A DNA stretch of 64,000 bases from Clostridia bacterium. Its GTDB lineage: Bacteria; Bacillota; Clostridia; Oscillospirales; CAG-272. Positions 1 through 9,533 of the stretch are shown in pieces (the first letter of the stretch is position 1; each line of letters starts with the position of its first letter). Under the pieces are notes generated by a model, which was not told where the DNA came from, did not search any database, and was given only the letters and a program-made list of their open reading frames with translations. Location of the stretch: positions 6,050-70,049 of the forward strand of contig JAFTXO010000019.1 of NCBI GenBank assembly GCA_017461765.1, read 5' to 3'. Position numbers and translations under genes: made by a program.

Positions 1-1749
1 GGCTTCCTCATTTTCGTCCTCATATTCCTTAACGGCAGTTATGAGCGCGTCAAGGTTCTCAAGACGTTCCTTTTCGGTTTCGCCCTGAAGGATGAGCATA
101 TTTTCGTACCCCGTTTCCTTGATGACCTTTTTAGTAAGCTCCGAGGGCAAAATATCCTTTGCGTCCTGCGAAAAGCTTTTTATCATCATTGCAAACGATA
201 CCATACTGTTCGCGGCGCTTTTTGGAATAGCATTATATGTATCGGCTCTGAGCATTACATCGATAATGCTTACTCCTGTTTCCTCTGCTATTGCGGCTGC
301 GGCGTTAAATGAGGTATCACCTATTTTTCTTTTCGGTTTTCCTATTATACGGCGAAGGTGTATATTGTCGCTATTATTGTTTATTACCGAAAGATAAGCG
401 ATTATATCCTTGATCTCCTCTCGGTCATAGAAGCGGAGAGCGCCGAACATTCTGTATGGAATACCGCTTTTTGCAAAAACAGTCTCAAGGCTTTGCGATT
501 GCGCCTTCATTCTGTAAAGAACGGCAAAATTCTTGTAATCAAAGCTATTCTCTGCCTTGAGCTTCATTATTCTTTCGATTATATATCTTGACTCGTCGTT
601 TTGAGTTTGAGTTTCCTTTACGGTTATCTTACAGCCCTTATCGTTATCGCTCCAAAGTGTCTTATTATATTTATGGGGATTTTTAGATATAAGGTCGTTT
701 GCCGCATTCAATATGTTTGAGGTGGAGCGGTAATTCTGTTCGAGCTTTATTACAGAGGCTTTATCGTATTTTGAATCGAAGTTCAGGATATTTTCGATAG
801 TTGCGCCTCTGAATTTATATATACTCTGATCGTCGTCACCAACTACCATTATATTTTTATAGAATTCGGAAATAAGCGAAACAAGAACGAACTGAGCGTA
901 GTTCGTATCCTGATACTCGTCTATACAAACATATTTGAATTTATTCTGATATGATACCAAGACATCGGGATTGGCTCTGAAAAGCTCTACGGTCTTCATT
1001 ATGATATCGTCAAAATCAAGAACATTTGACTCCATAAGTCTTTTTTGATACAGGCGGTAAACCTTAGCTATCTGCTTATACTTGAAATCTCCGTTTGCTT
1101 CCTCTTCAAAATCGTCAGGTGTCTGAAGCTTGTCCTTTGCCTTGCTTATGACGTTCATTATTTCCTTTGCGGTAAGTATCTTATCTGTTATATTAAGATC
1201 CTTCATGCAAAGAGTTATAACCTTTTTTGCATCGTCCGTATCACAAACGCTGAATGCGGGACGGTAGCCCACAAGCTCGCCGTGGCGGCGTAATATTCTC
1301 ATACATATGGAGTGGAATGTGCCTGCCCAAATATCAGAGGCATCTTCCTTGAGTATCTTTTCAAGGCGCGCCTTTATCTCGTTTGCCGCCTTGTTGGTAA
1401 AGGTTATTGCAAGTATATTCCACGTAGGGCACGCATTTTCCGCAAAAAGTGAAAGATACTGTTCTATAACTGCGGGGGTCTGATCAACTGCGTTTTCAAT
1501 ATCCGATATTTCATCTTCGGTTATAAATTCGGGAACTGTATTCGAATAATATGCGTTACCGTATTTTATAATATGCGCTATTCTGTTTACGAGAACCGTT
1601 GTCTTTCCGCTTCCCGCGCCCGCCAATATAAGAACGGGGCCGTTCACGGTATACACAGCCTCTCTCTGTTTATCGTTCAAAAACGAATAATGTTTATCAA
1701 AAAGCGCTCTTTTTGCTTTTAAAAATCTTTTTATCTGAATTTCGTTCAT
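1..1749 (-). CDS. pcrA: ATP-dependent DNA helicase, UvrD/PcrA family (3' end runs off window start; absent from ORF track because no stop in window)
   Basis: Own translation from ATG at 1749-1747: MNEIQIKRFLKAKRALFDKHYSFLNDKQREAV... Contains Walker A LAGAGSGKT, motif Ia TFTNKAANE and motif II DEYQDTN (about 900-925). Frame stays open to position 1. Confidence 0.9.
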   Translation of the reverse strand, partial: MNEIQIKRFLKAKRALFDKHYSFLNDKQREAVYTVNGPVLILAGAGSGKTTVLVNRIAHIIKYGNAYYSNTVPEFITEDEISDIENAVDQTPAVIEQYLSLFAENACPTWNILAITFTNKAANEIKARLEKILKEDASDIWAGTFHSICMRILRRHGELVGYRPAFSVCDTDDAKKVITLCMKDLNITDKILTAKEIMNVISKAKDKLQTPDDFEEEANGDFKYKQIAKVYRLYQKRLMESNVLDFDDIIMKTVELFRANPDVLVSYQNKFKYVCIDEYQDTNYAQFVLVSLISEFYKNIMVVGDDDQSIYKFRGATIENILNFDSKYDKASVIKLEQNYRSTSNILNAANDLISKNPHKYNKTLWSDNDKGCKITVKETQTQNDESRYIIERIMKLKAENSFDYKNFAVLYRMKAQSQSLETVFAKSGIPYRMFGALRFYDREEIKDIIAYLSVINNNSDNIHLRRIIGKPKRKIGDTSFNAAAAIAEETGVSIIDVMLRADTYNAIPKSAANSMVSFAMMIKSFSQDAKDILPSELTKKVIKETGYENMLILQGETEKERLENLDALITAVKEYEDENEEA

Positions 1750-1855
1750 CTAAGAGCTCCTTGTCATTTCTATACACATTTATAATAACATATATAAAAT
1801 AAAAAGTAAAGAACAAATTTTCAAAAAACTTATTCAATAAATTTTTCAAAAAGTA

Positions 1856-1884
1856 TTGCAATTTCAAAAAATATGTGATAAAAT
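1856..1884 (+). promoter_or_regulatory. sigma-A type promoter for tRNA-Leu
   Basis: TTGCAA (1856-1861), 17 bp spacer, TAAAAT (1879-1884), about 15 nt before the tRNA 5' end. Confidence 0.5.
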
Positions 1885-1899
1885 AATCGAGCAACATAT

Positions 1900-1986
1900 G
1901 CCGGTGTGATGGAATTGGTAGACGTGCTGGACTCAAAATCCTGTGGTAGTGATACCGTATCGGTTCGACCCCGATCACCGGCACCA
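1900..1986 (+). tRNA. tRNA-Leu (anticodon CAA), long variable arm, CCA encoded
   Basis: Acceptor stem GCCGGTG/CACCGGC, T-loop GGTTCGA, anticodon loop CTCAAAA with CAA at 1934-1936, long extra arm typical of class II tRNA, terminal ACCA. Confidence 0.9.
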
Positions 1987-1991
1987 AAAAA

Positions 1992-2022
1992 ACGACTTGT
2001 AAAAACAAGTCGTTTTTGTTTT
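1992..2022. terminator. bidirectional intrinsic terminator (tRNA-Leu on + strand, DUF1667 operon on - strand)
   Basis: Stem acgacttgt/acaagtcgt with A-run upstream and T-run downstream. Confidence 0.75.
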
Positions 2023-2373
2023 TTATTTTAGCACTGTCTTTGTACTTATTAGATTTGTTCCTTCCTCGGTAAAGTCAGATTCTATGATCTCGCCTATTTT
2101 TATAGGCGCTTTTACCGAGATCTTTGATATTTTTTTCATCGCAGAAAGAAGATTTTCTTTTTTTATAGGTCTGTCTGTCTTTACCGGCAAAAGCATAACC
2201 TTTTCGCTCTCTATTCTTACTGTTGTGGTAAGTGTTCTGCGAGGCTCAATAAGCTCTGAGCTTACATACTGCTTGCCACGTATACAGCGGTTACCTTTTA
2301 CAACCATTGTTTCCGTATCAACCGTAATAGGACAGCTGCGCGGACATATAATACATATAAATTGCTTTTCCAT
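2023..2373 (-). CDS. DUF1667-type Cys-rich metal-binding protein (third gene of glpA-type operon)
   Basis: 116 aa with CIICPRSCPI and GNRCIRG motifs. Gene order matches the clostridial glpA / NAD(FAD) dehydrogenase / DUF1667 operons. Confidence 0.75.
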   Translation of the reverse strand: MEKQFICIICPRSCPITVDTETMVVKGNRCIRGKQYVSSELIEPRRTLTTTVRIESEKVMLLPVKTDRPIKKENLLSAMKKISKISVKAPIKIGEIIESDFTEEGTNLISTKTVLK

Positions 2374-2374
2374 A

Positions 2375-3658
2375 CTACGCCTCCTCCGTCACCGAAATCT
2401 TGGCGTTTTTGTTTTTTTGTATTACCTGCGCCATTTTTTTGGTCAGTATGACAGAGTGCATCTGCGATGAGTGAATATTATTTTTTATTAACGACAAAAG
2501 CTCCTCGCCGTTACTTGTTATCGTGATCCTTGCCTTTTCGTAATCTTTTGAAACTCTGAAATAAACGACGAAGCGTTTAAGTATGATATCAATCTTTTTC
2601 GGATCAAAATTGAAGGTTTGAGGAACTACGTATTTAACGCCCTCCGATATTTCAAACGGTATTTTCGTTTTGTTCGGTCTTAAAAGACCTTTTACATATC
2701 CCGCACACGCTTTGCCTACATTTATTGACTCGGATGTAACGTAATCAACTATATCGTGAACATGAAGCACATTTCCGCAAGCAAAAACGCCGGGTAGCGA
2801 GGTTTGAAAATACTGGTCAACGACTGCTCCGTTTGTTTTTTTATCGAGCTTTATTCCCGCTTCGGTCGTAAGCTCGTTTTCGGGGATAAGTCCTATTGAC
2901 AGCACAAGTGTATCGCATCTTACAAGCTCGCCTGTTCCCTTTATAGGCTTGAAGTTTTCATCAACCTTCGAAACAACAACGCCTGTTACTCTCTCTTCAC
3001 CAACGATTTTCGTAACTGTACTGTTAAGGTACAGAGGTATATCAAAATCGTTTAAGCATTGCTCGACGTTTCTTGCACTGCCGCTTACGTGAGATTTCAC
3101 CTCACATACGCGAAGCACCTTAGCTCCCTCAAGAGTGAGACGTCGTGCCATTATGAGTCCGATATCACCCGAGCCCAAGATGACTACTCTCTTTCCCGGA
3201 AGATATCCGTCTATATTTACAAATCTTTGTGCGCTTCCTGCAGAAAATATTCCCGACGGACGCGTACCCGCGATATTTAACGTTCCGCGTGAACGCTCGC
3301 GGCAGCCCATTGCCAAAACAACAGCCTCTGCCTTTACTTTTGTATAACCGAGCTGAGGTGAAACAAATTTTATCACCTTACTTTTGCTCACTGACAAAAC
3401 CGTTGCATCCGTAACGTACGGTATACCGTATTCTTCTATTTTCTCAATAAAACGCGATGCGTACTCTCCGCCGCTCAGCTCTTCTCCGAAATAGGTAAGT
3501 CCGAAGCCTGTGTGTACACATTGATTCAGAACTCCGCCAAGCTCCTTTTCACGTTCTATTATAATTATATCGTTAGCCTCGACCCCTGCTTCGTATGCGC
3601 CGATTGCCGCCGCAAGACCCGCCGGTCCGCCGCCTATAATCACAACACTTTTATGCAT
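2375..3658 (-). CDS. NAD(P)/FAD-dependent pyridine nucleotide-disulfide family oxidoreductase
   Basis: N-terminal GGGPAGLAAA FAD fold, second VVILGSGDIGL dinucleotide fold, GVFACGN motif. There is a 1-nt gap to the downstream gene. Confidence 0.85.
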   Translation of the reverse strand: MHKSVVIIGGGPAGLAAAIGAYEAGVEANDIIIIEREKELGGVLNQCVHTGFGLTYFGEELSGGEYASRFIEKIEEYGIPYVTDATVLSVSKSKVIKFVSPQLGYTKVKAEAVVLAMGCRERSRGTLNIAGTRPSGIFSAGSAQRFVNIDGYLPGKRVVILGSGDIGLIMARRLTLEGAKVLRVCEVKSHVSGSARNVEQCLNDFDIPLYLNSTVTKIVGEERVTGVVVSKVDENFKPIKGTGELVRCDTLVLSIGLIPENELTTEAGIKLDKKTNGAVVDQYFQTSLPGVFACGNVLHVHDIVDYVTSESINVGKACAGYVKGLLRPNKTKIPFEISEGVKYVVPQTFNFDPKKIDIILKRFVVYFRVSKDYEKARITITSNGEELLSLIKNNIHSSQMHSVILTKKMAQVIQKNKNAKISVTEEA

Positions 3659-3665
3659 AAAAGCC

Positions 3666-5111
3666 TCACTTTGTTTTTCCGCAAAGTATATTTGAATTCT
3701 TTCCGAATTTTTGAACCTGATCTACAGGAATACCAAGCTCTCTTGCTATTATTTCAGCAACCTTAGTGTTGCAAAATCCGCCTTGGCATCTGCCCATGCC
3801 CGATCTTGTACGGCGTTTTACCATATCGGATGTATATGCGGGAATCGGGCGATGGATAGCATTAACGACATCACCCTCGGTGATGTTTTCACATCTGCAT
3901 ACTACCTTTGCGTAAAGAGGATTTTTTTCGATCGCGATCTTACGTTCCTTATCCGTCATATCGTAGAAAAGCTTGAAATTGCCTTCCTTTGAGCGTGTCG
4001 GAATGTAGTCAGTCTTTTCCTCAAGCTTCAGTCCGCTCTTTTTAAGGATGTCGACAACATAATCTCCTATTGCGGGAGATGATGCAAGACCGGGAGATTC
4101 AATTCCCGCTACGTGAATGAAGTTCTTGCATTTTTCCGACTCCTGTATATAAAAATCCCTGGTGGAAGGAGTGGAACGTACTCCTGCAAAGGACGTGATC
4201 ATCGCGTCAAGGTTAATGTTTGGTACAAGACGTCTTGCACCCTCAGATATTTCTTCAAGTCCTTCAATCGTAACACTTGTATCGCTCTTTTCATCAACGA
4301 CATTGGCGTTAGGACCTACTATTATATTACCGTCGGCAGTGGGAGTTACCAAAATTCCCTTTCCTTTTTCATTAGGTGTAACGAAAAGCGTTCTTTGTGT
4401 AGTCTTTCCCTCTGCTTTGTCAAGAAGCATATACTCTCCTCTTCTCGGAATTATATCAAAAGGAAGAGGATCGCCTACCATTTTTGCGATCTCGTCACAG
4501 TATAATCCTGCGGCGCTTATAACATATTTGCCCGTAACGGTTTCGTTTCCGTCGGAAACGGCGTACCCGTTGTCTGTTTTTTCTATTGAGGATACCTTGA
4601 AGTTGAAATAAAATTTTGCGCCGTTTGTAACCGAGTTTTCGCTAAGTGCAAAAGCGAGATCGTACGGACATACGATACCTGCCGAGGGCGCAAAAAGCGC
4701 GCAGACAGCCGACGGTGATACATTCGGTTCCATTTTGTGAAGCTCGCGCTTATCCAAAATACGAAGTCCTTTTACACCGTTTATCTCTCCGCGTTTTTTC
4801 AGTATCTCTATCTGCTCGCGATCGTAATCGTCAAATCCGACGACGAGTGAGCCACAATTTTTATAATGAACACCGAGTGTTTCGGTGAGCTCCTGCATCA
4901 TTTCGCAGCCTTTGACGTTGAGCTTTGCCTTAAGCGTGCCCTCTTTGGCATCATATCCTGCGTGAATAATTGCGGAATTTGCTCTTGTTGAGCCTGCCGC
5001 AACGTCTATACCTGCCTCTACGACAGCTATTTTCAATTTATATTTTGATAATTTATATGCACACATAGTCCCGGATATACCCGCGCCTATGATTACCACA
5101 TCGTAAAACAT
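3666..5111 (-). CDS. glpA: FAD-dependent oxidoreductase, anaerobic glycerol-3-phosphate dehydrogenase (GlpA)-like with BFD-like [2Fe-2S] domain
   Basis: IIGAGISGT FAD motif. C-terminal CRCENITEGDV...GMGRCQGGFC matches a BFD-like Fe-S domain. First gene of the three-gene operon. Confidence 0.75.
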   Translation of the reverse strand: MFYDVVIIGAGISGTMCAYKLSKYKLKIAVVEAGIDVAAGSTRANSAIIHAGYDAKEGTLKAKLNVKGCEMMQELTETLGVHYKNCGSLVVGFDDYDREQIEILKKRGEINGVKGLRILDKRELHKMEPNVSPSAVCALFAPSAGIVCPYDLAFALSENSVTNGAKFYFNFKVSSIEKTDNGYAVSDGNETVTGKYVISAAGLYCDEIAKMVGDPLPFDIIPRRGEYMLLDKAEGKTTQRTLFVTPNEKGKGILVTPTADGNIIVGPNANVVDEKSDTSVTIEGLEEISEGARRLVPNINLDAMITSFAGVRSTPSTRDFYIQESEKCKNFIHVAGIESPGLASSPAIGDYVVDILKKSGLKLEEKTDYIPTRSKEGNFKLFYDMTDKERKIAIEKNPLYAKVVCRCENITEGDVVNAIHRPIPAYTSDMVKRRTRSGMGRCQGGFCNTKVAEIIARELGIPVDQVQKFGKNSNILCGKTK

Positions 5112-5198
5112 AATATGTTCCTCCGAATATATATGTAACTATATTTTAGCACAGTTTTGCAAATATTTCAAGTAAAATCTTGATTTTCGAGCAAAAGC

Positions 5199-5615
5199 GT
5201 GTTAAAATTGTTAAAAACGCACAAAGGAGGCTCGGTTTTTTTGGACTTTTCTCAGATCAGCGTTTGCGCATTAGCTTATCTTGGTGATGCCGTCATTGAG
5301 ACTCTTGTGCGCGAGCATCTTGTTTTAAAGGGATATGAAAAAAGCGGCAAATTAAATGATGAGGCAAGAAAATTTATTACCGCTGTAAATCAGAGCGCCG
5401 CTTATTTAAAAATACAGTCGCTTCTTGAGGAAAAGGAAGCCGATATTTTCAGACGCGCACGAAATTCCTCTCATCTTAATATACCGAAAAGCGCATCTGC
5501 GCAGGAATACAAAAACGCAACTGGCTTCGAGGCTGTTTTCGGATATTTGAGGCTTCAAAAAAACGAGGAGCGTATAAAAGAATTATTTGCTTTAGCATAT
5601 GCTGATATACTATAA
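5199..5615 (+). CDS. mrnC: mini-ribonuclease 3 (Mini-III)
   Basis: ALAYLGDAV RNase III signature and FEAVFGYL motif. An in-frame TTG at 5241 sits behind RBS AAAGGAGG (5223-5230) and is an alternative start. Confidence 0.8.
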   Translation: MLKLLKTHKGGSVFLDFSQISVCALAYLGDAVIETLVREHLVLKGYEKSGKLNDEARKFITAVNQSAAYLKIQSLLEEKEADIFRRARNSSHLNIPKSASAQEYKNATGFEAVFGYLRLQKNEERIKELFALAYADIL

Positions 5616-5620
5616 AAAAA

Positions 5621-5650
5621 GAAAACTGTTTCTTGCAGTTTTCTTTTTTT
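5621..5650 (+). terminator. intrinsic terminator after mrnC
   Basis: Stem gaaaactg/cagttttc followed by a T7 run. Confidence 0.75.
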
Positions 5651-5737
5651 CGGCTATTAGTTTACCTAACTAATATTTTTTGTGTCGTTTTAACAGAAAA
5701 TTTACTTAATTTTATTTCTTTTTATTTCTTTGAATAA

Positions 5738-5766
5738 TTGACTTTGTTTTTATTAAATGATAGAAT
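5738..5766 (+). promoter_or_regulatory. sigma-A promoter of ABC exporter operon
   Basis: TTGACT (5738-5743), 17 bp spacer, TAGAAT (5761-5766). It lies inside the ORF-track N-terminal extension, so the true start is downstream. Confidence 0.6.
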
Positions 5767-5800
5767 ATTATATAATACTAAAAAAGAAAGGAAAATAAGA

Positions 5801-7549
5801 TTGAAAACTATTAAAAGACTCGCCAAATGTATTGGCGTATATAAGAAAAATTCAATTCTGTCTCCTATCTTCGTTTCACTTGAAGTAATTATGGAGTGTC
5901 TTATCCCATTTGTGGCCTCGAAGCTCCTTAAATTCATTCAGGACGGAGAGATAGAGATACCAACGCTGTCCATCTACGGCGGAATTCTTGTTGCGCTCGC
6001 GCTATTATCGCTCACCTTCGGCGCTCTTGCGGGTACTCACTGCTCTATTGCATCGTGCGGATTTGCAAAAAATCTAAGGAAAGAGCTTTATGAAAATTCA
6101 CAAAATTTCTCGTTTGAGAATATAGACAAATTTTCTTCATCAAGCCTTGTGACAAGAATGACTACCGACGTTACAAACGTTCAGCAATCATTTATGATGA
6201 TAATAAGAACGGCTATACGTTCGCCTCTTATGTTTATCTTCTCGATAATAATGGCTTTTTCACTTGCAGGCTCTATGGCGGTTATTTTCGTTATCGTAGT
6301 TCCGATACTGCTCTTTGCTCTTCTTATGATAATGAAAAAGGCTATGCCTATATTTAAAAAGGTGTTCAAAAAGTACGACCGTCTTAACTCCTCCGTTCAG
6401 GAAAATATCAAGGGTATGAGAGTTGTTAAGTCATTCGTTCGTGAGGATTATGAAAGCGAAAAATTCAGAAATGCATCCGAGGACGTAAGAAACGATTTTA
6501 TAAGGGCTGAAAAGATACTTGCATATAATAATCCCGTTATGCAGCTTTGTATGTATGCGCTTATGCTCTTTGTTTGCTTCTTTGGTTCAAGACTTATAAT
6601 ATCCTCAAATGAAGCTGCCTTTGATGTAGGTAAATTCAGTGCATTGCTTACATACGGTATGCAAATTCTTTCTTCTCTTATGATGCTCTCGATGATCTTT
6701 GTTATGTTGACGATGTCAGGAGAAAGTGCGCGCCGTATTTGCGAGGTAATAGACGAAAAATCAACTATAACAAATCCCGAAAATGCTATTACCGCGGTTA
6801 AAAACGGAGATATCGATTTCTCGAATGTAAACTTTAAGTATGCAAAGCGTGCCGAAAAATATGCGCTTGAAAATATAAATCTTCATATAAGCTCGGGGCA
6901 AACCGTCGGTATTATCGGCGGTACGGGAAGCTCAAAATCTTCTCTTATCCAGCTTATTCCCCGTCTTTATGATGTTACTGACGGCTCTGTTTCGGTTGGC
7001 GGTATTGATGTCAGAAGCTATGATCTCGATACGCTAAGAAACGAGGTTGCTGTGGTGCTTCAGAAAAACGTTCTTTTCTCGGGAACGATAAAGGAAAATT
7101 TACGTTGGGGTAACGAATTTGCAACAGATGAGGAGATCGAGCACGTTTGCAAGCTTGCTTGTGCAGATGAATTCATAAACTCATTCCCCAACGGATACGA
7201 CACTTATATCGAGCAAGGTGGAACTAACGTTTCGGGAGGTCAGAAGCAACGTCTTTGTATCGCAAGAGCTTTGCTTAAAAAGCCTAAAATTCTTATTCTT
7301 GACGACTCGACGAGCGCTGTCGACACAAGAACAGACGCTTTTATAAGAAAGGCTATGCGCGACGAGATCCCGAATACTACTAAGATCATTATTGCTCAGC
7401 GTATTTCCTCTGTTGAGGATGCTGATATGATAATAGTGCTTGATGACGGTAAAATAAACGGAATCGGCACTCATGAGGAGCTCATTGCAACAAACGCTAT
7501 ATACAATGAGGTCTACACATCTCAAACGAAGGGGGCGAAAATGGAATGA
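5801..7549 (+). CDS. ABC exporter permease/ATPase fusion, degenerate-NBD subunit of a heterodimer
   Basis: Six-TM domain plus NBD. Walker A is GGTGSSKSS, signature VSGGQ, Walker B ILILDDS (no catalytic Glu), and H-loop Gln (AQRISS). Start moved to in-frame TTG at 5801, downstream of the promoter. Confidence 0.85.
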   Translation: MKTIKRLAKCIGVYKKNSILSPIFVSLEVIMECLIPFVASKLLKFIQDGEIEIPTLSIYGGILVALALLSLTFGALAGTHCSIASCGFAKNLRKELYENSQNFSFENIDKFSSSSLVTRMTTDVTNVQQSFMMIIRTAIRSPLMFIFSIIMAFSLAGSMAVIFVIVVPILLFALLMIMKKAMPIFKKVFKKYDRLNSSVQENIKGMRVVKSFVREDYESEKFRNASEDVRNDFIRAEKILAYNNPVMQLCMYALMLFVCFFGSRLIISSNEAAFDVGKFSALLTYGMQILSSLMMLSMIFVMLTMSGESARRICEVIDEKSTITNPENAITAVKNGDIDFSNVNFKYAKRAEKYALENINLHISSGQTVGIIGGTGSSKSSLIQLIPRLYDVTDGSVSVGGIDVRSYDLDTLRNEVAVVLQKNVLFSGTIKENLRWGNEFATDEEIEHVCKLACADEFINSFPNGYDTYIEQGGTNVSGGQKQRLCIARALLKKPKILILDDSTSAVDTRTDAFIRKAMRDEIPNTTKIIIAQRISSVEDADMIIVLDDGKINGIGTHEELIATNAIYNEVYTSQTKGAKME

Positions 7550-9486
7550 ACAAGGGTTTTAGAGGACGTCCGATGAAAAAAGCCAAAAAAGGAACTCTTG
7601 GCAGGGTTTTGAAGTTTCTCTTCTCCTCCTATAAATTGCCTCTTACGGTAGTTCTGATATGTATGATCTTAAGCACGATAGCTCAGATATGTCCCGGTGT
7701 TTTCCAGCAGCTTATACTTGAAAAGGTTCAGCTTGCTCTTGCGGATATGAAGCTTGGAATGTCTCCATCAGGCGCTCTTGAGCTTTACTTCGACGATATA
7801 ACGGTGATCTGCTTAACGCTTCTTGCGGTTTATGTTGTAGGACTTATTTCATCCTTTATATACAATCGTACGATGGCGATAACTACCCAGAAGTTTTTGG
7901 ATAAGCTCCGTAATACTATGTTCGGAAAAATGCAAAAGCTTCCTATCAAATATTTTGATACTCATTCTCACGGCGACATAATGTCGTATTACACAAACGA
8001 TATTGATACTCTGCGCCAATTGGTTTCTCAATCCGTTCCTCAGCTTATAATGTCTGCGGTAACGATAATCACTGTTCTTGTGCTTATGCTCTATTTCAGT
8101 GTATGGATGACACTTATAGTTATTGTCGGTGTTTTTGCCATGATCATTGTTACCAAGGTAATCGGCGGCGGAAGCGCAAAGTACTTTGTAAAGCAGCAAA
8201 AGGCTCTCGGTAAGGTTGAGGGCTATGTTGAGGAAATGATCCACGGTCAAAAGGTAGTCAAGGTATTTTGTCACGAGGAAAAAAGCATTCAAGAATTCAC
8301 TGCTTTAAACGACAAGCTTTGCGAGGATGCAACATCCGCTAACAAATACGCAAATATCCTTATGCCCATCATGAACAATATCGGTCACATTCTTTACGCG
8401 CTTATAATCTTTATCGGCGGCGTACTGGTTCTTGCTGAAGTTCCAAATATTTCTCTTTCGGGAAAGCCGCTTGATATTTCAACGCTTATTCCTTTTATAG
8501 GCTTTTCAAAATCATTTACCATGAATATATCTCAGGTTTCTCAGCAATTCAATGCGATAGCTATGGCTCTTGCGGGTGCTGAAAGAATTTTTGAGGTCAT
8601 CGATGAAGAGCCTGAGGTTGATTACGGCTATGTTACATTGGTAAATGCAACAGAGGACAAACAAGGAAATCTTACCGAAAGCGAAAAACGCACGGGTATA
8701 TGGGCTTGGAAGCATCCCCACGGTGACGGCAGTGTTACCTATACTAAGGTGCGCGGCGATGTCCGACTAAACCAAGTGGATTTCGGATATGTTGAGGACA
8801 AAATAGTTTTACACGATATTTCTCTTTATGCCGAGCCCGGACAAAAGATCGCCTTCGTTGGTGCGACGGGTGCAGGTAAAACAACTATAACAAATCTTAT
8901 CAACCGTTTTTACGACATTGCAGACGGCAAAATAAGATATGACGGAATAAACATCAACAAAATCAAAAAGGACGATTTAAGACGCTCTATGGGCATCGTT
9001 TTGCAGGACGTAAATCTCTTTACGGGTACTGTTATGGACAACATTCGTTACGGAAAGCTCGATGCTACCGATGAGGAGTGTATAAATGCCGCTAAGCGCG
9101 CAAATGCTCATTCATTTATCTCTATGCTTCCCGACGGTTATAATACTGTTCTTTCGGGTGATGGTAGCGGTCTTTCTCAAGGTCAAAGACAGCTTATATC
9201 AATTGCTCGAGCAGCGGTTGCCGATCCGCCTGTTATGATCCTTGACGAAGCGACATCTTCTATCGATACAAGAACAGAGGCTATCGTTTCTGCGGGTATG
9301 GATGCACTTATGCAGGGAAGAACGGTATTTGTTATTGCTCATCGTCTTTCTACCATAAAGAACTCAAATGTCATTATGGTGCTTGATCACGGAAGAATAA
9401 TCGAGCGCGGCTCTCACGAGGATCTTTTGGCTCAGAAGGGCAAATATTATCAGCTCTATACGGGTTCATTTGATTTTGACGAATAA
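7546..9486 (+). CDS. ABC exporter permease/ATPase fusion, consensus-NBD subunit
   Basis: Walker A GATGAGKTT, signature variant LSQGQ, Walker B MILDEATS, H-loop AHRLST. ATGA start/stop overlap with the upstream subunit. Confidence 0.9.
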   Translation: MNKGFRGRPMKKAKKGTLGRVLKFLFSSYKLPLTVVLICMILSTIAQICPGVFQQLILEKVQLALADMKLGMSPSGALELYFDDITVICLTLLAVYVVGLISSFIYNRTMAITTQKFLDKLRNTMFGKMQKLPIKYFDTHSHGDIMSYYTNDIDTLRQLVSQSVPQLIMSAVTIITVLVLMLYFSVWMTLIVIVGVFAMIIVTKVIGGGSAKYFVKQQKALGKVEGYVEEMIHGQKVVKVFCHEEKSIQEFTALNDKLCEDATSANKYANILMPIMNNIGHILYALIIFIGGVLVLAEVPNISLSGKPLDISTLIPFIGFSKSFTMNISQVSQQFNAIAMALAGAERIFEVIDEEPEVDYGYVTLVNATEDKQGNLTESEKRTGIWAWKHPHGDGSVTYTKVRGDVRLNQVDFGYVEDKIVLHDISLYAEPGQKIAFVGATGAGKTTITNLINRFYDIADGKIRYDGININKIKKDDLRRSMGIVLQDVNLFTGTVMDNIRYGKLDATDEECINAAKRANAHSFISMLPDGYNTVLSGDGSGLSQGQRQLISIARAAVADPPVMILDEATSSIDTRTEAIVSAGMDALMQGRTVFVIAHRLSTIKNSNVIMVLDHGRIIERGSHEDLLAQKGKYYQLYTGSFDFDE

Positions 9487-9497
9487 AAAAATATAAA

Positions 9498-9533
9498 GAA
9501 AGACAGACTGCTTTAAAGCAGTCTGTCTTTTTT
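9498..9533. terminator. bidirectional intrinsic terminator
   Basis: Stem agacagactgc/gcagtctgtct flanked by A-run and T-run, between convergent genes. Confidence 0.8.

Noticed and set aside
92-591. Two plus-strand ORFs (101 and 77 aa) at the window start.
   Set aside because: They are antisense to the continuous UvrD/PcrA reading frame that I translated on the minus strand.
1811-1822. GAACAAATTTTC upstream of pcrA, as a possible second LexA box.
   Set aside because: Only one half-site is intact (GAAC-N4-TTTC) in very AT-rich DNA, so it is indistinguishable from chance without an organism-specific matrix.
1900-1986. tRNA-Leu as a possible integration hotspot or genomic-island boundary.
   Set aside because: There is no integrase, no direct repeat of the tRNA 3' end and no compositional break nearby. 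The flanking genes are ordinary metabolic and housekeeping genes.
1697-2008. 103-aa minus-strand ORF.
   Set aside because: It runs straight through the tRNA-Leu gene and its terminator. The tRNA cloverleaf is far better supported.
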